NCBI GenBank assembly: GCA_013203315.1
Contig: JABMQJ010000015.1
Coordinates: 1-61,374, forward strand
Length of the DNA: 61,374 nt
Direction of reading: 5' to 3'
Source: Candidatus Omnitrophota bacterium
GTDB lineage: Bacteria; Omnitrophota; Gorgyraeia; JABMRN01; RBG-13-46-9
Shown: positions 17,381 to 28,072 of the stretch, one piece after another
How positions within the stretch are numbered: position 1 is the first letter of the stretch
Layout: every line of letters starts with the position of its first letter
Notes under the pieces: model-generated
What the model was told of the DNA's origin: nothing
What the model saw: the letters and a program-made list of their open reading frames with translations, nothing else
Databases searched by the model: none
Position numbers and translations under genes: made by a program

Positions 17381-18634
17381 ATGAAAATTCTCCAAATAAA
17401 CAATTGCGATACAAAAGGAGGCGCGGCTAAAGTCGCCCATAGGCTTTGCCGGGGTCTTATGGGGCGAGGTCATGAGGTTTTGTATTTAGTTGCCAAAAAA
17501 CATGGTTCTGATAACTTTGTAAAAGAAATTGAGAAACCTTCCGTAAAACTCAATAGCACGTTTAAGAAAATTCTTTACAGACTCGGACTGGATATGGTTA
17601 CCCTTAATGCTTCCTTTCCGTTTAACATGGGAAGAAACTTTATTAATGATTTTGATATTATTCATATCCATGACCCAATGGGCGGGTATTTTAATCTCGC
17701 CGGAGTTGCCTGGCTTTCAAGAATAAAGCCACTTGTGTGGACCATGCATACAATGTGGCCCTTTACAGGGGGTTGTCTTTATTCATACGATTGCCAGCGC
17801 TGGAAAAAAAATTGCGGCAAATGTCCGCAATTCGGAACATTTCCGATAATAGGGTTCTCGAGAGACGGATCCCTCCCGGCGATAAATATAAAACGACTTA
17901 TTTACAAACACTCGGCTATCTTTCCGGTTGCGGTTTCACAATGGTTATGTAGTATTGCAAGGCAAAGCATTCTAAGGCGTTTTGACATCATAAAAATCCA
18001 GAACCCCGTTGATACGAGATTATTTCATCCGATAGATAAAAACCTGGCAAAAGCTAAACTCGGGATCCCGGCCAACGCGAAAACCATCATCTTTTCCGTA
18101 GCCTCTAAGCCAGAAGACAAAAGAAAAGGGATAGAAATTATTTTAAAAGCCCTGCCACTCTTAAAAACGAAAAACATTTTCCTTTTACCACTGACAATAA
18201 CAGCTGATTCTCATAAAATAGAAGAGGCCCTAAGGCCTTACCCTTCTTTAGCAGCTTCTCACATAGAAAATGAAATCGAACTCAACACGGCCTATAACGC
18301 GGCAGATATTTTATGGCATCCCAGTCTGGCAGACACTTCCTCGCTTGGCATTTTAGAGGCATTTGCAGCCGGCACCCCTGCAGTAGCCTCAAGGGTTGGC
18401 GGGGTGCAGGAGATAGTTGTTGACGGAGAGAATGGTTTTTTTGTAGAGCCTAACAACCCTGAGCAATTGGCAGAGAAGACAGACATTCTTTTTTCTGATG
18501 ATAAAAAAAGAAGAGATATGTCAAAAAATGCCTGCAGAAAAGCTATATCTGATTATTCCATCGATATTTTTCTTGATAAATATGAGCAACTTTATAAAAA
18601 AATCATCGAAAAGAAAACAAAAGTGAGAAGATAG
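17381..18634 (+). CDS. glycosyltransferase family 4 (WcaC-like)
   Basis: GGAAKVA, WTMHTMWPFTGGC…C..C..CPQ, LEAFAAGTPAVASRVGGVQE. Confidence 0.9.
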   Translation: MKILQINNCDTKGGAAKVAHRLCRGLMGRGHEVLYLVAKKHGSDNFVKEIEKPSVKLNSTFKKILYRLGLDMVTLNASFPFNMGRNFINDFDIIHIHDPMGGYFNLAGVAWLSRIKPLVWTMHTMWPFTGGCLYSYDCQRWKKNCGKCPQFGTFPIIGFSRDGSLPAINIKRLIYKHSAIFPVAVSQWLCSIARQSILRRFDIIKIQNPVDTRLFHPIDKNLAKAKLGIPANAKTIIFSVASKPEDKRKGIEIILKALPLLKTKNIFLLPLTITADSHKIEEALRPYPSLAASHIENEIELNTAYNAADILWHPSLADTSSLGILEAFAAGTPAVASRVGGVQEIVVDGENGFFVEPNNPEQLAEKTDILFSDDKKRRDMSKNACRKAISDYSIDIFLDKYEQLYKKIIEKKTKVRR

Positions 18635-18637
18635 GGA

Positions 18638-21600
18638 ATGGATTTATCTAAACTAAAAGGACAATTCATCTTAAGCCAGAAACAGGATTTTATTATAAAC
18701 GAATGGAATTTAAGACAGAAAAACCTTTGGATGCTATCATCTCACCCCTCGTTACCCGTGGCAGATATTTTTACGCAAGACAATAAACACCTCGGTTGGA
18801 TATTAGGATACCCGGTACTTTTGGCCAAGCAGGAATTCTGTCCAAAGAAAATAATTTTCGACATAAATTCTAAACATGTAACCCCTGAAATCGTTGAATC
18901 TAAACTCTACGAATTTGGAGGCCGTTTTACCGCTATTTTTCTTACGGATAAATTTTCAAGATTATATTTAGATCCGGCAGGATCCCTTTCATGTGTTTAT
19001 TCTTTGGATAAACCCGTAATCAGTTCCACCTATGATTTATTAGAGAAAAAAATCCAAAGACGTGAATGGGATGTTTTAAAAGCTTTAGATGAAATGAAAA
19101 CTAATGCAAGCCAGACCTGGTATCCGTGTGGGTTAACGCCGCTCAAAGACGTCAAGATACTTCTACCTAATCATTTTATTGACTTGAAGAGCTGGAAAGC
19201 AGCGCGTCATTGGCCTAAGGAAGCAATAAGACGAATCAGTGGCTCAAGAAATATTCGAAAAACAGTCGATGAAATAACGCATATAATTACAAGTGTTATC
19301 GAAACAATTGCTGCTTATCAGCCTTTACATATTAGCTTGAGCGCGGGTAAGGATACACGGACACTTCTTGCATGTTCGCGCAATGTACTAGACAAAGTTA
19401 TTTTTTACACAACAAAAAGACAGCCGGATGCGCCTGATACTATTATCCCACCGATGTTGGCGAAATTATATAACCTAAACCACGTCATGAATCGGCAATT
19501 CGATCCGGATAGAATAGTGCTGCTTGGTTTCGGAGGGGAGGCCGGCCGAGGATATCTTTGGCCGGGAAATTACTACTATAACAAATTTTGTAAAGATGTA
19601 AAAAGCGCAAAAGGCCACATGAGCGCCGAGGAAGCACTTGCCCGCATGCTACATCCCGCCACAAAGAAAGAATTCTTCTTAGACGAAATAAGAAATTGGC
19701 TTACAGATATTTCTCAATTTGACCCGTATTTAATAGCCAATCTATTGTATGTCGAACAGCATCTCGGATGTCTGATAAGCCAGGTTATGTATAATGAGTA
19801 TGATGTTAGGGCCGGAAAATTTAGTTTATACCCCATGAACCACAGGAGGATGTTTGAGCTAATGTTTTCGCTGCCGATTGATTACGTAGAAAAAGACAGG
19901 CTACCCGAGGATGTCTGCAAGGTCGCCTGGCCGGAACTTTTAGAAATTCCCTTTAATGCACATCATTTCGAGGGTAGAGTAAAATATAAAAAGCTGTTGA
20001 AATATCTATATAAATCAATAACAGAAACGCCGACCCAAGAAAATAAAGAAAAGCGACAACTTATTAAGAAAATGATAACGGGAAACCGCTCTATTATGAA
20101 AATGGTACGGGATGATATAGCCAAGGCCATGAATAAGCCATCTAGGTTATTCAATAAACCCCTCTTCTTATATAAATATCACATTAAGCTACCCCTGACA
20201 AGAGAGATGCATCTTTTTAATACCATCAGGAAACTAAAAAAGATTATGGGTGAGATTGTAAAGCACAAAGATATTCCAAAATTATCTAAAGAATTTACAA
20301 CTAAACACAACATCAATATTCACATCCTTTGCTCGCACGCTTCACTGGAATCTTGCTTCCTTAGCCTTGCAACCTTCTACTTTTTTTCAAAAGAATACGC
20401 CGAAATCGTTATTCATGAAGACGGAACATTCACAAAAAAAGACGAGGAATTTATTAAAAAAATATTCCCTTGGGTTAAATACGTTTCCTTAAAAGACGCT
20501 GATGCCAGGTTAAAAAGTAAAAACTTTTCCCCTGAAACAATAGCATCGCGTCACAAGCATAAATTGCTTATCAAGACGATCGATTTTCACCATATTGAAT
20601 CAAGGGATAGAATTTTAATAATAGATACGGATATTTTTCTCCTGGGTGGCATGCAGGAGCTCTGGAGCAAAATAATCGAAGGTGCGCAACTTGTATTTAA
20701 CGACGATCTTGAACCTGCGTACGGGAGTTCAAAAGATCTTCTCGAGAAGGTCTTAATGAGACAAATAAACATCGACCCCAAACCATGTATTAATACAGGT
20801 CTAATCGTAGAGCCTGCGCAACTTTTGAGAGGTGAAAAGCGCACAATCGAATGTTACTGTAAAGAACTTGCGAGCTTTCCGTATGAAAGGATACACTGCG
20901 TTGAGCAGGGTTATATCGCTTGCATCTTAAAAGATAAGAGAATTGAAGAAAACCCTCTGTCGCGAAAGCATAAAATAATTGGTCACAGGGATACGGAAGG
21001 AATAGAAGGCTTAAAAAACTACGATTTCATAAAAAATCAAGACTCACTGGAAACCATTCATTTGTGCGGATGGGATAAGCTGGAGCGAAATTTCCAAGCG
21101 GTAAAGAGAGAAATATTACACTTATTGATATGTAAGAAAAGAAGAGCCGAGATAGCTTTTTATCCAAACACTGTTTTAGATTGGCTCGATCCTTCCTGGA
21201 GAATGATAAAAGAGGCCCTCTGTAAACGTGGTGTCGAAGTTATAAAAATGAAGCTATCATTTTTAAGCCTTTTGAATAATCGAAAAAAAATAAAATGTAT
21301 ACATTTTCATTATGTATACCCCGATATTTCACGCGATAATTATAAATATTTACCCGCAAAGATTTGGAATAGAGCTTCCCTGCTTATCGCTTGGTTCCAA
21401 AAAAGAACTTTTAAATCTAAATTAAAAATTGCCAAACTTTTGGGTTACAAAATCGTGTACACTGCTCACAATCTGGATTTTCACGAAGAAGCCGACTGCG
21501 CTGCAACAAAAAACAAAGATTTGCTATATAAAATGGCAGATTCTATTACTATCATGGGGCATGACATTAAAGGCAAGCTGGCGGAATTTATAGCCAAAAA

Positions 21601-22207
21601 AAAGGTTAAATACATTCCAATATGCGACTTTAAAAAGTCCTATAAAAACTATGTAACAAAAGAAATAGCCAGAGAAAAGCTTGGTATTCCTGCAGAAGCA
21701 TTTGTTTTTCTCTTTTTCGGTTCCATTCGAAGATATAAGGGTATCGATACGCTGGTAAATATTTTTAAAAAAATACAGATAGATGCGCTCTTATTAATAG
21801 CAGGCGACATTTCCCATGACCCAATTTATGTAAAAGAGATACAAAGCCTCGTAGGGCATAGCACAAATATAATGTTTGCCAATGAAATAATCCCTGACGA
21901 TGCCGTGCAGTTTTATATGAACGCTTCCGATGTGGTAGTTTTTCCATTTCGCCGTATTTATAATTCAGGGTCTTTAATATTGGCAAAATCATTTTTTAAA
22001 CCCACCATATGCATGGATAGGGGGAATGTAAGAAACTATGTTAACCCAAACACGGACATTCTTGTAAAAGGCGAAAAAGAACTCGAAAAAGCGCTTATAG
22101 AAACGAGACATCGCGTTTTCCCGAAAACCAAAGAGGAATACCTGAAAGGTATCCCGAGCCCCGAGGAAGTGGCCGGGATGTATAAAAGCGTATACGATGA
22201 ACTATAA
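18638..22207 (+). CDS. three-domain fusion: asparagine-synthetase-like amidoligase + GT-A + GT4 glycosyltransferase
   Basis: LDPAGSL, SLSAGKDTR (PP-loop-like) and GFGGE; middle domain IHEDG…LIIDTDIF…INTG…EQG; C-terminal FLFFGSIRRYKG…ASDVVVFPF…NSGS. Confidence 0.75.
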   Translation: MDLSKLKGQFILSQKQDFIINEWNLRQKNLWMLSSHPSLPVADIFTQDNKHLGWILGYPVLLAKQEFCPKKIIFDINSKHVTPEIVESKLYEFGGRFTAIFLTDKFSRLYLDPAGSLSCVYSLDKPVISSTYDLLEKKIQRREWDVLKALDEMKTNASQTWYPCGLTPLKDVKILLPNHFIDLKSWKAARHWPKEAIRRISGSRNIRKTVDEITHIITSVIETIAAYQPLHISLSAGKDTRTLLACSRNVLDKVIFYTTKRQPDAPDTIIPPMLAKLYNLNHVMNRQFDPDRIVLLGFGGEAGRGYLWPGNYYYNKFCKDVKSAKGHMSAEEALARMLHPATKKEFFLDEIRNWLTDISQFDPYLIANLLYVEQHLGCLISQVMYNEYDVRAGKFSLYPMNHRRMFELMFSLPIDYVEKDRLPEDVCKVAWPELLEIPFNAHHFEGRVKYKKLLKYLYKSITETPTQENKEKRQLIKKMITGNRSIMKMVRDDIAKAMNKPSRLFNKPLFLYKYHIKLPLTREMHLFNTIRKLKKIMGEIVKHKDIPKLSKEFTTKHNINIHILCSHASLESCFLSLATFYFFSKEYAEIVIHEDGTFTKKDEEFIKKIFPWVKYVSLKDADARLKSKNFSPETIASRHKHKLLIKTIDFHHIESRDRILIIDTDIFLLGGMQELWSKIIEGAQLVFNDDLEPAYGSSKDLLEKVLMRQINIDPKPCINTGLIVEPAQLLRGEKRTIECYCKELASFPYERIHCVEQGYIACILKDKRIEENPLSRKHKIIGHRDTEGIEGLKNYDFIKNQDSLETIHLCGWDKLERNFQAVKREILHLLICKKRRAEIAFYPNTVLDWLDPSWRMIKEALCKRGVEVIKMKLSFLSLLNNRKKIKCIHFHYVYPDISRDNYKYLPAKIWNRASLLIAWFQKRTFKSKLKIAKLLGYKIVYTAHNLDFHEEADCAATKNKDLLYKMADSITIMGHDIKGKLAEFIAKKKVKYIPICDFKKSYKNYVTKEIAREKLGIPAEAFVFLFFGSIRRYKGIDTLVNIFKKIQIDALLLIAGDISHDPIYVKEIQSLVGHSTNIMFANEIIPDDAVQFYMNASDVVVFPFRRIYNSGSLILAKSFFKPTICMDRGNVRNYVNPNTDILVKGEKELEKALIETRHRVFPKTKEEYLKGIPSPEEVAGMYKSVYDEL

Positions 22208-23249
22208 AATTTTAATAATCAAAATCGGCTCAATGGGCGATGTTTTAAGAACAACCTCTACCTTGAAGGGGTTGAAAGAAAAATATAATAAATCAAAAAT
22301 TTATTGGTTAATCTCAGGCAAAAACAAAGAAATTATTATCCACAATCCTTTTGTAGATAAAATACTTATTTATTCGAAAAGCTCTATAAACGCTATACTA
22401 AAAGAAAAGTTTGATTTAGTAATTTCTTTAGAAGATAGTGCTGTATTATGCCGGGTAGCATATAAAATAAAAGCAAAAAAGCTAATCGGGAGTTTCCAAA
22501 ATGCCAAAGGCATATTGTGCTATACTGAAGATCTAAACGATTACTTTGATATGAGCTTAATTTCTAAATATGGGAAAAAGACATCCGATCAACTTAAGAT
22601 ATCGAACAAAAAAACATATCAAGATATAATCGCCAAAGCTTTAGGAGTAAAAAAACGTCTACCATTAATACATTTAGATAACGAAAATTACTTGTATGCC
22701 GAAAAATTTGCTAAAACTCATCAACTTGCCAAACATACAGTGATTGGGTTAAACACAGGCGCGGGGTCGAAATGGCAACAAAAGAAATGGAGTGAAATCA
22801 AAACGGCTACTTTGGCTAAAGCGCTCGCAAAACAGTCGGGAATTAAGGTTGTCCTTTTCGGCGGCCCGGGCGCTTCTTTGAGAAATAAAAGAATCATAAA
22901 ATATGCCGAAAACTCTATTATCGATACCGGTTGTTATAATAATTTTTCAAATTTTGCAGCATTAATCAATCTATGCGCTATTTTAGTAACAAGCGATTCT
23001 TTAGCGCTTCACGCAGGAACTGCATTAAAAAAATATGTAATTGCCCTTTTCGGACCGACAAGTTCCAGCGAAATAGACTTGTTCGGCAGGGGAGAAAAAA
23101 TAGTTCCAAAAATACCCTGCCTATGTTGTTACAAAAATATTTGCAAAAAAAAACCCAACTGCATGGACTCTATAAGCGTGGACAATGTCCTTAAATTTAT
23201 TAAAAGGGCTATTTCTTTGCCAAGCACATATAATTGTGTTCCAAAGTGA
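22197..23249 (+). CDS. GT9 (ADP-heptose-type) glycosyltransferase
   Basis: KIGSMGDVL, GLNTGAG…KKW, VTSDSLALH, ALFGPT, C-terminal CLCC…C…CMDSISV. Confidence 0.9.
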   Translation: MNYKILIIKIGSMGDVLRTTSTLKGLKEKYNKSKIYWLISGKNKEIIIHNPFVDKILIYSKSSINAILKEKFDLVISLEDSAVLCRVAYKIKAKKLIGSFQNAKGILCYTEDLNDYFDMSLISKYGKKTSDQLKISNKKTYQDIIAKALGVKKRLPLIHLDNENYLYAEKFAKTHQLAKHTVIGLNTGAGSKWQQKKWSEIKTATLAKALAKQSGIKVVLFGGPGASLRNKRIIKYAENSIIDTGCYNNFSNFAALINLCAILVTSDSLALHAGTALKKYVIALFGPTSSSEIDLFGRGEKIVPKIPCLCCYKNICKKKPNCMDSISVDNVLKFIKRAISLPSTYNCVPK

Positions 23250-23268
23250 CAAAAAACAAATTTCTAAT

Positions 23269-24330
23269 ATGAAGATCGGTATATACGCAGAAGAATTAAA
23301 TCATTTTATCGTAACCATAGCTTATTTTATATCACTTGATAATCTATCGAAAGTTCTCGTTATAACTGATGGAAAGTGCAATAGAGAGTTTTCAGAACAC
23401 CCATGGTGCCTGAAAATATTAGAACAAATTAAAAATGTAGATATAATACCAGCAAGTAGCCGTGTTGATAGGCTGGATTATTTATATCTTTGCCTGTCAA
23501 GCAATCGATTTTTATGGAACCAAGAGCTTAATAAATGGGTGTATAGCGCAATGAAAATAGGATGTCTGCGAGAGTCATATTTACATAAAACTATAAAAGA
23601 GCATATAAAAGAACTAGTATATTCGTTTCCATATTATCTTAATGTGCAGTCGGTAACCTTGCAAGACAGCAAGGATGTAAAGCATCCCTTTTTCTTTATA
23701 AGAAATAAATATTTTTTTTCTCCCTCAGTTCATCCTCAATTCTTTATAAACAAAAATTGGGGCAAAAAACTCTTTGAGGAGATAAAAGATCCAAGTAAAT
23801 CGAGAACTTTTAAAATCACATTTATCGGAAACAAAGAACCGCCGGAGCGGGAAGCAACTTTGCGTTTTATTGTAAGAAGACTTAGTAATTTAAACAATGT
23901 AGTTTTAAGTGATAAGTTTCCGCCTACTGATATGGATACGGAAAAGACAAAAATTTTGTGGATCGAAAACGATTTAAAACACCCGGAACGAAGCTTAAGC
24001 CCCGGATTATATGCGGATGCCCTTGGGGATTCAGATTTTTCCGTTTGTCCTTTAGGGTGGGGGGGGAATTGGACTCACAGAGTTATAGAGTCCTTATTAA
24101 GAGGCGCTATACCTATTGTGGAAGATGAAAAAATATATAATATCGAGCTTGCGGATATGGAAAACTGCATCGTAGTTAAAAACGCTGACTGGAATGAAGC
24201 CATTGAAAGGGTTTCCGGGCTTAGTTTAAGCGAAATATGTAGGCTACGGTCAAACATTGTCAAACTCCGTGATGAATATCTCCTGCCAGAGGTAGCGGCA
24301 TCGCGGCTAAGAAAAGGCATGTTGTTATAG
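23269..24330 (+). CDS. exostosin-like (GT47-type) glycosyltransferase
   Basis: [30 protein letters not shown] matches the exostosin S.F.LCP.G…R..E.L..G.IPV motif. Start moved to ATG 23269 to avoid overlap. Confidence 0.7.
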   Translation: MKIGIYAEELNHFIVTIAYFISLDNLSKVLVITDGKCNREFSEHPWCLKILEQIKNVDIIPASSRVDRLDYLYLCLSSNRFLWNQELNKWVYSAMKIGCLRESYLHKTIKEHIKELVYSFPYYLNVQSVTLQDSKDVKHPFFFIRNKYFFSPSVHPQFFINKNWGKKLFEEIKDPSKSRTFKITFIGNKEPPEREATLRFIVRRLSNLNNVVLSDKFPPTDMDTEKTKILWIENDLKHPERSLSPGLYADALGDSDFSVCPLGWGGNWTHRVIESLLRGAIPIVEDEKIYNIELADMENCIVVKNADWNEAIERVSGLSLSEICRLRSNIVKLRDEYLLPEVAASRLRKGMLL

Positions 24331-24356
24331 TAGAATTTAAAGAAAGGGAAATTTTT

Positions 24357-25265
24357 GTGTTTAAAACAGTAAAGAAAGTTTCGCAGTGGCCAAAAATTAG
24401 TATTGTCACCCCTAGCTATAATCAGGGAAAATTCCTGGAGCAAACAATATTGTCCGTCCTTTGGCAGGATTATCCAAACCTGGAATATATAATCATCGAT
24501 GGCGGAAGCAAAGACGGCTCCGTTGAAATTATCAAGAAATACGAGAAATATCTCACCTACTGGGTAAGCGAGCTCGATCAAGGACAAAGCCACGCTATCA
24601 ATAAAGGTTTTGCTCGCTCTACCGGCGAAATTATGGCCTGGCTTAACAGTGATGATTTGTATATGCCGTGCGCTTTGCACCATATCGCTTCGATTTTTTT
24701 GCGCAACCCCCGGGTCGATTCAATCATAGGCGCTTTAATCGGGTACGACAATCAAACAAGGGAGCTTGATGCGACGAGGGCCGGAAGTGTAGGGCTCTGC
24801 CCTACAGTAGCCATTATGCTTTTTTATCCCGGCTATGTTGATCAATCTTCGACTTTCTGGCGTAAACATGTTTGGCAGGTAGCGGGGCCATTGAGAGAAG
24901 ACTTATATGATGCCATGGATCACGACTTTTTTCTCCAATGCTGCAAGCATGGTCTAAAGTTCAAATTAACCGCAAAACATCTTTCTATATATCGTAAGCA
25001 TCCACAACAAAAGACAGCGCATCCGGAGGGTTTCGCAAATGCATTTAAGGATATAGTTCGCCGATATGAAATGCATCCGGAATGGAGTGGTTTTAAAGGA
25101 AAAGCAAAGATATTTCTTGCTAAAAAACTCATTTCTCTGGCATACCACCGCAACATACACCCGAGCGTTGGTCTGGTACCGCGGTTCAATGAAGAACTGA
25201 CTCGTAAATGGTTGGTCTCTTTACATCGCAAAACAAGAAATACCAGTTTAATTGACGAAAGTTAG
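24357..25265 (+). CDS. glycosyltransferase family 2
   Basis: [32 protein letters not shown]. Confidence 0.92.
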   Translation: MFKTVKKVSQWPKISIVTPSYNQGKFLEQTILSVLWQDYPNLEYIIIDGGSKDGSVEIIKKYEKYLTYWVSELDQGQSHAINKGFARSTGEIMAWLNSDDLYMPCALHHIASIFLRNPRVDSIIGALIGYDNQTRELDATRAGSVGLCPTVAIMLFYPGYVDQSSTFWRKHVWQVAGPLREDLYDAMDHDFFLQCCKHGLKFKLTAKHLSIYRKHPQQKTAHPEGFANAFKDIVRRYEMHPEWSGFKGKAKIFLAKKLISLAYHRNIHPSVGLVPRFNEELTRKWLVSLHRKTRNTSLIDES

Positions 25266-25285
25266 GGCAATGGATTTTTAATAAA

Positions 25286-26257
25286 ATGTACAAACCTTTA
25301 GTTTCTATACTAATACCTTGTTACAACAAGGTGCAATGGATCGGCCAAGCGATAGAAAGCGCCTTAAGCCAAACATACTCGAATAAGGAGATTATCGTAG
25401 TTGATGATGGCTCGGCTGACAGGAGTCCGGAAGTAATTCAAGCATTTGGCAATAAGGTTCAATGGGAAGCAGGGCCTAATAGAGGCGCAAATGCCGCAAG
25501 AAACAGGCTTTTAGAACTTTCGCGGGGGGAGTGGCTCCAGTATTTAGATGCCGATGACTATTTGCTGCCGGATAAACTGGAACGCCAGATTAATAACGTT
25601 GATAATATTAATGACGTCGATGTTGTCTATTCTCAGATTCTGCTGGAAACAAAAGAAGGGGAATCGATTGTCAGAAAGAGCGCCGAAGAAATAAACCCGA
25701 TTAAAAAAGAGACGGATATCTTTGTCAATTTTGCCAAATGGAGCTTTCCTCAAACAGGCGGCGTACTTTTTAAAAGGCAAACCCTTATAGAAATCGGGGG
25801 ATGGAAAGAAGAACAGCCTTGTTGCCAGGAGCACGAGCTTTATCTTAGGTTATTAATGGCAGGCAAAAAGTTCGTTTTTTGCAAAGACGAAGACGCGGTC
25901 TATCGCTTAATCGAGGAAAAAACATTAAGCCGAAAAGATCCCCTGAAAACCATAAAAGAGCGAATGCGAATCACTAATACATTAGAAAATTGGCTATATT
26001 CGCACAGCATGCTTGATCCCAAGAGGCAGGAGACTATTAACATCTCGCGTTTCGAGTGTGCCAGGAAGGCTTACGAATCTGATAAAAAGCTAGCAGATGC
26101 GCTTATCAAGAAGATAAAACAAAGTAATAGCGCATTTATTCCTAGCGGCAACGCAGCGCCTCCGGCCTATAGATTACTTTATAGAATGTTTGGATTTTCC
26201 GTGGCTGAGAGTATCGGAATAGTCAAACGCAAAATATTTAAAGGTCGCGAGGTGTAA
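25286..26257 (+). CDS. glycosyltransferase family 2
   Basis: SILIPCYN, VDDGSAD, ARNRLL, YLDADD. Confidence 0.92.
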   Translation: MYKPLVSILIPCYNKVQWIGQAIESALSQTYSNKEIIVVDDGSADRSPEVIQAFGNKVQWEAGPNRGANAARNRLLELSRGEWLQYLDADDYLLPDKLERQINNVDNINDVDVVYSQILLETKEGESIVRKSAEEINPIKKETDIFVNFAKWSFPQTGGVLFKRQTLIEIGGWKEEQPCCQEHELYLRLLMAGKKFVFCKDEDAVYRLIEEKTLSRKDPLKTIKERMRITNTLENWLYSHSMLDPKRQETINISRFECARKAYESDKKLADALIKKIKQSNSAFIPSGNAAPPAYRLLYRMFGFSVAESIGIVKRKIFKGREV

Positions 26258-26260
26258 CAA

Positions 26261-27487
26261 ATGCGTATTTTTACTGCTATTCGCCACTCGATCGACCCGA
26301 AACTATATTACGGTAGCCTTTGGAGCGCCAATTTTTGCCCAGCCCTGCGTGAACTGGGACACGAAGTCATAGAGGCGCAGGTAGACCTCTTGCCGGCCAG
26401 CCGTTTTATGGATATACCGGGTAACTTTACCCGCCAGGAGGAAGAAATTCGCACAAGGATTACAGAACAAATTATCAGCGAAGTACGCAATGAACACAAA
26501 AAAAGTCCTATAAATATTTTTTTATGTTACTTTTACAACGCCCACTTTGATTCTGCCGGCTTTCGTGAAATTCATAAATTAGGCATTCCAACAGTCAACT
26601 TTTATTGTAACAGCCTTTATCAATTTGAACTTGTAACAGCAATTGCCAAAGAAGTAAATTTTTCCTGGCACACGGAGAAAAACGCCACGGAGTCATATCT
26701 TAGAATAGGAGCAAATCCGGTGTGGGTACAGATGGCCGCAGATCAGAAGCTTTGTCATCCGGTACCGGATGACAAACGCCAGCCGAAGGCTTGTTTCATG
26801 GGTCAGCGTTATGCCGATCGTGATCGCTGGTTAGCAAAATTAATTACTGCTAATATTCCCCTTGAAATCTACGGAACCAACTGGGGATTACAGAATTCCG
26901 GAGGCAACGAAGAGATGCTGCCACCAAGCGAATCTTTTTATTTGGGACGGCGACAGCCAAAGCCAGGCACATTAGGCGCGTATCTTAACGCCGTATTGAC
27001 GAACATAGAAAAACAGGGTATCCCGAGGGGCATTCAAAGATCTGCCAGGCAGTTGCGATACAGGGACGAAAGCCGTAAGTTAGATACCTTGCTTCTCCCG
27101 GCAATTCGCGGTTTTGCCAAAGACATAAGCCACACCTTTGCCGGTTACGACGTAATTCTTAATTTAAGCAATGTGTGGAGTGACGGACGGCCCGGCTCAA
27201 GGTTGATACCCCATGTGCGCCTGCGCGATTTTGAGGCCCCGATGTGCAGAACCTGCTATCTCACAGGCCATACGGATGAAATCGAGGAATTTTATGAAAT
27301 CGGTAAAGAAATCGATACTTACCGCACGCCGGAAGAATTGATAGACAAGGCCAAATTTTATTTAGCACACCCGGGAGAAGCCGAGAGGTTGCGCGAGGCA
27401 GGATGCAGGCGCGCGGTAAAGGACCATACCTGGAAAGAGCGCTTTAAGACTTTATTTAAGAAAATAGGCATAGAAAAAAACCGGTAA
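26261..27487 (+). CDS. CgeB/Glyco_trans_1_2-family glycosyltransferase
   Basis: RLRDFEAPMC, EEFYEIGKEI, YYL-type motif, …DHTWKERF C-terminus. Confidence 0.8.
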   Translation: MRIFTAIRHSIDPKLYYGSLWSANFCPALRELGHEVIEAQVDLLPASRFMDIPGNFTRQEEEIRTRITEQIISEVRNEHKKSPINIFLCYFYNAHFDSAGFREIHKLGIPTVNFYCNSLYQFELVTAIAKEVNFSWHTEKNATESYLRIGANPVWVQMAADQKLCHPVPDDKRQPKACFMGQRYADRDRWLAKLITANIPLEIYGTNWGLQNSGGNEEMLPPSESFYLGRRQPKPGTLGAYLNAVLTNIEKQGIPRGIQRSARQLRYRDESRKLDTLLLPAIRGFAKDISHTFAGYDVILNLSNVWSDGRPGSRLIPHVRLRDFEAPMCRTCYLTGHTDEIEEFYEIGKEIDTYRTPEELIDKAKFYLAHPGEAERLREAGCRRAVKDHTWKERFKTLFKKIGIEKNR

Positions 27488-27505
27488 AAATATGGAGGGC
27501 GACAA

Positions 27506-28072
27506 ATGGCAAAAGATTATTTAATCAATAAAATCATACGATTTCCCTCTAGCACATGGATGCGGATCCGAATATTATGTCTTAGATTGCTCGGAGTGAA
27601 AATCGGCAAGAAATGCTGGATTCAGAAAATATCTATTCCGCGGAACCCATGGGATATAGAGATAAAAAATGGCGCCTCTCTCGATAAATATAGCATATTA
27701 TTGACTACCGGCAACAAGCGAAAGGAACCAAGGATTACCATCAAAGAAAAAACATATATAAACCGCTTTGTTATGATAGATGCCTCGGAGAAAATAGAAA
27801 TAGGGGAAAATTGTATGATAGGGCCATACTGCTATATTACCGATCACGACCACTCTTTTAAAAAAGATGTAAAATTGGCAGAACAACCATTAATAGGCCT
27901 CCCGGTGATTATAGGCGATGATACGTGGGTAGGCGCGCATGTTATAATACTAAAAGGCGTTAAAATCGGCACCGGAGCGGTAATAGGAGCCGGTAGCGTT
28001 GTTACGAAAGATGTGTTGCCGTACGCTAAAGTTGTTGGCGTCCCAACGCATCAAATCGGAGTTAGAAAATAA
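27506..28072 (+). CDS. hexapeptide-repeat O-acyltransferase
   Basis: IGENCMIGP, DHDH, IGDDTWVGAHVIILKGVKIGTGAVIGAGSVVTKDV, GVP. Confidence 0.92.
   Translation: MAKDYLINKIIRFPSSTWMRIRILCLRLLGVKIGKKCWIQKISIPRNPWDIEIKNGASLDKYSILLTTGNKRKEPRITIKEKTYINRFVMIDASEKIEIGENCMIGPYCYITDHDHSFKKDVKLAEQPLIGLPVIIGDDTWVGAHVIILKGVKIGTGAVIGAGSVVTKDVLPYAKVVGVPTHQIGVRK

Noticed and set aside
24075-24683. 202-aa minus-strand ORF
   Set aside because: Antisense shadow of two well-supported GT genes; no motifs.
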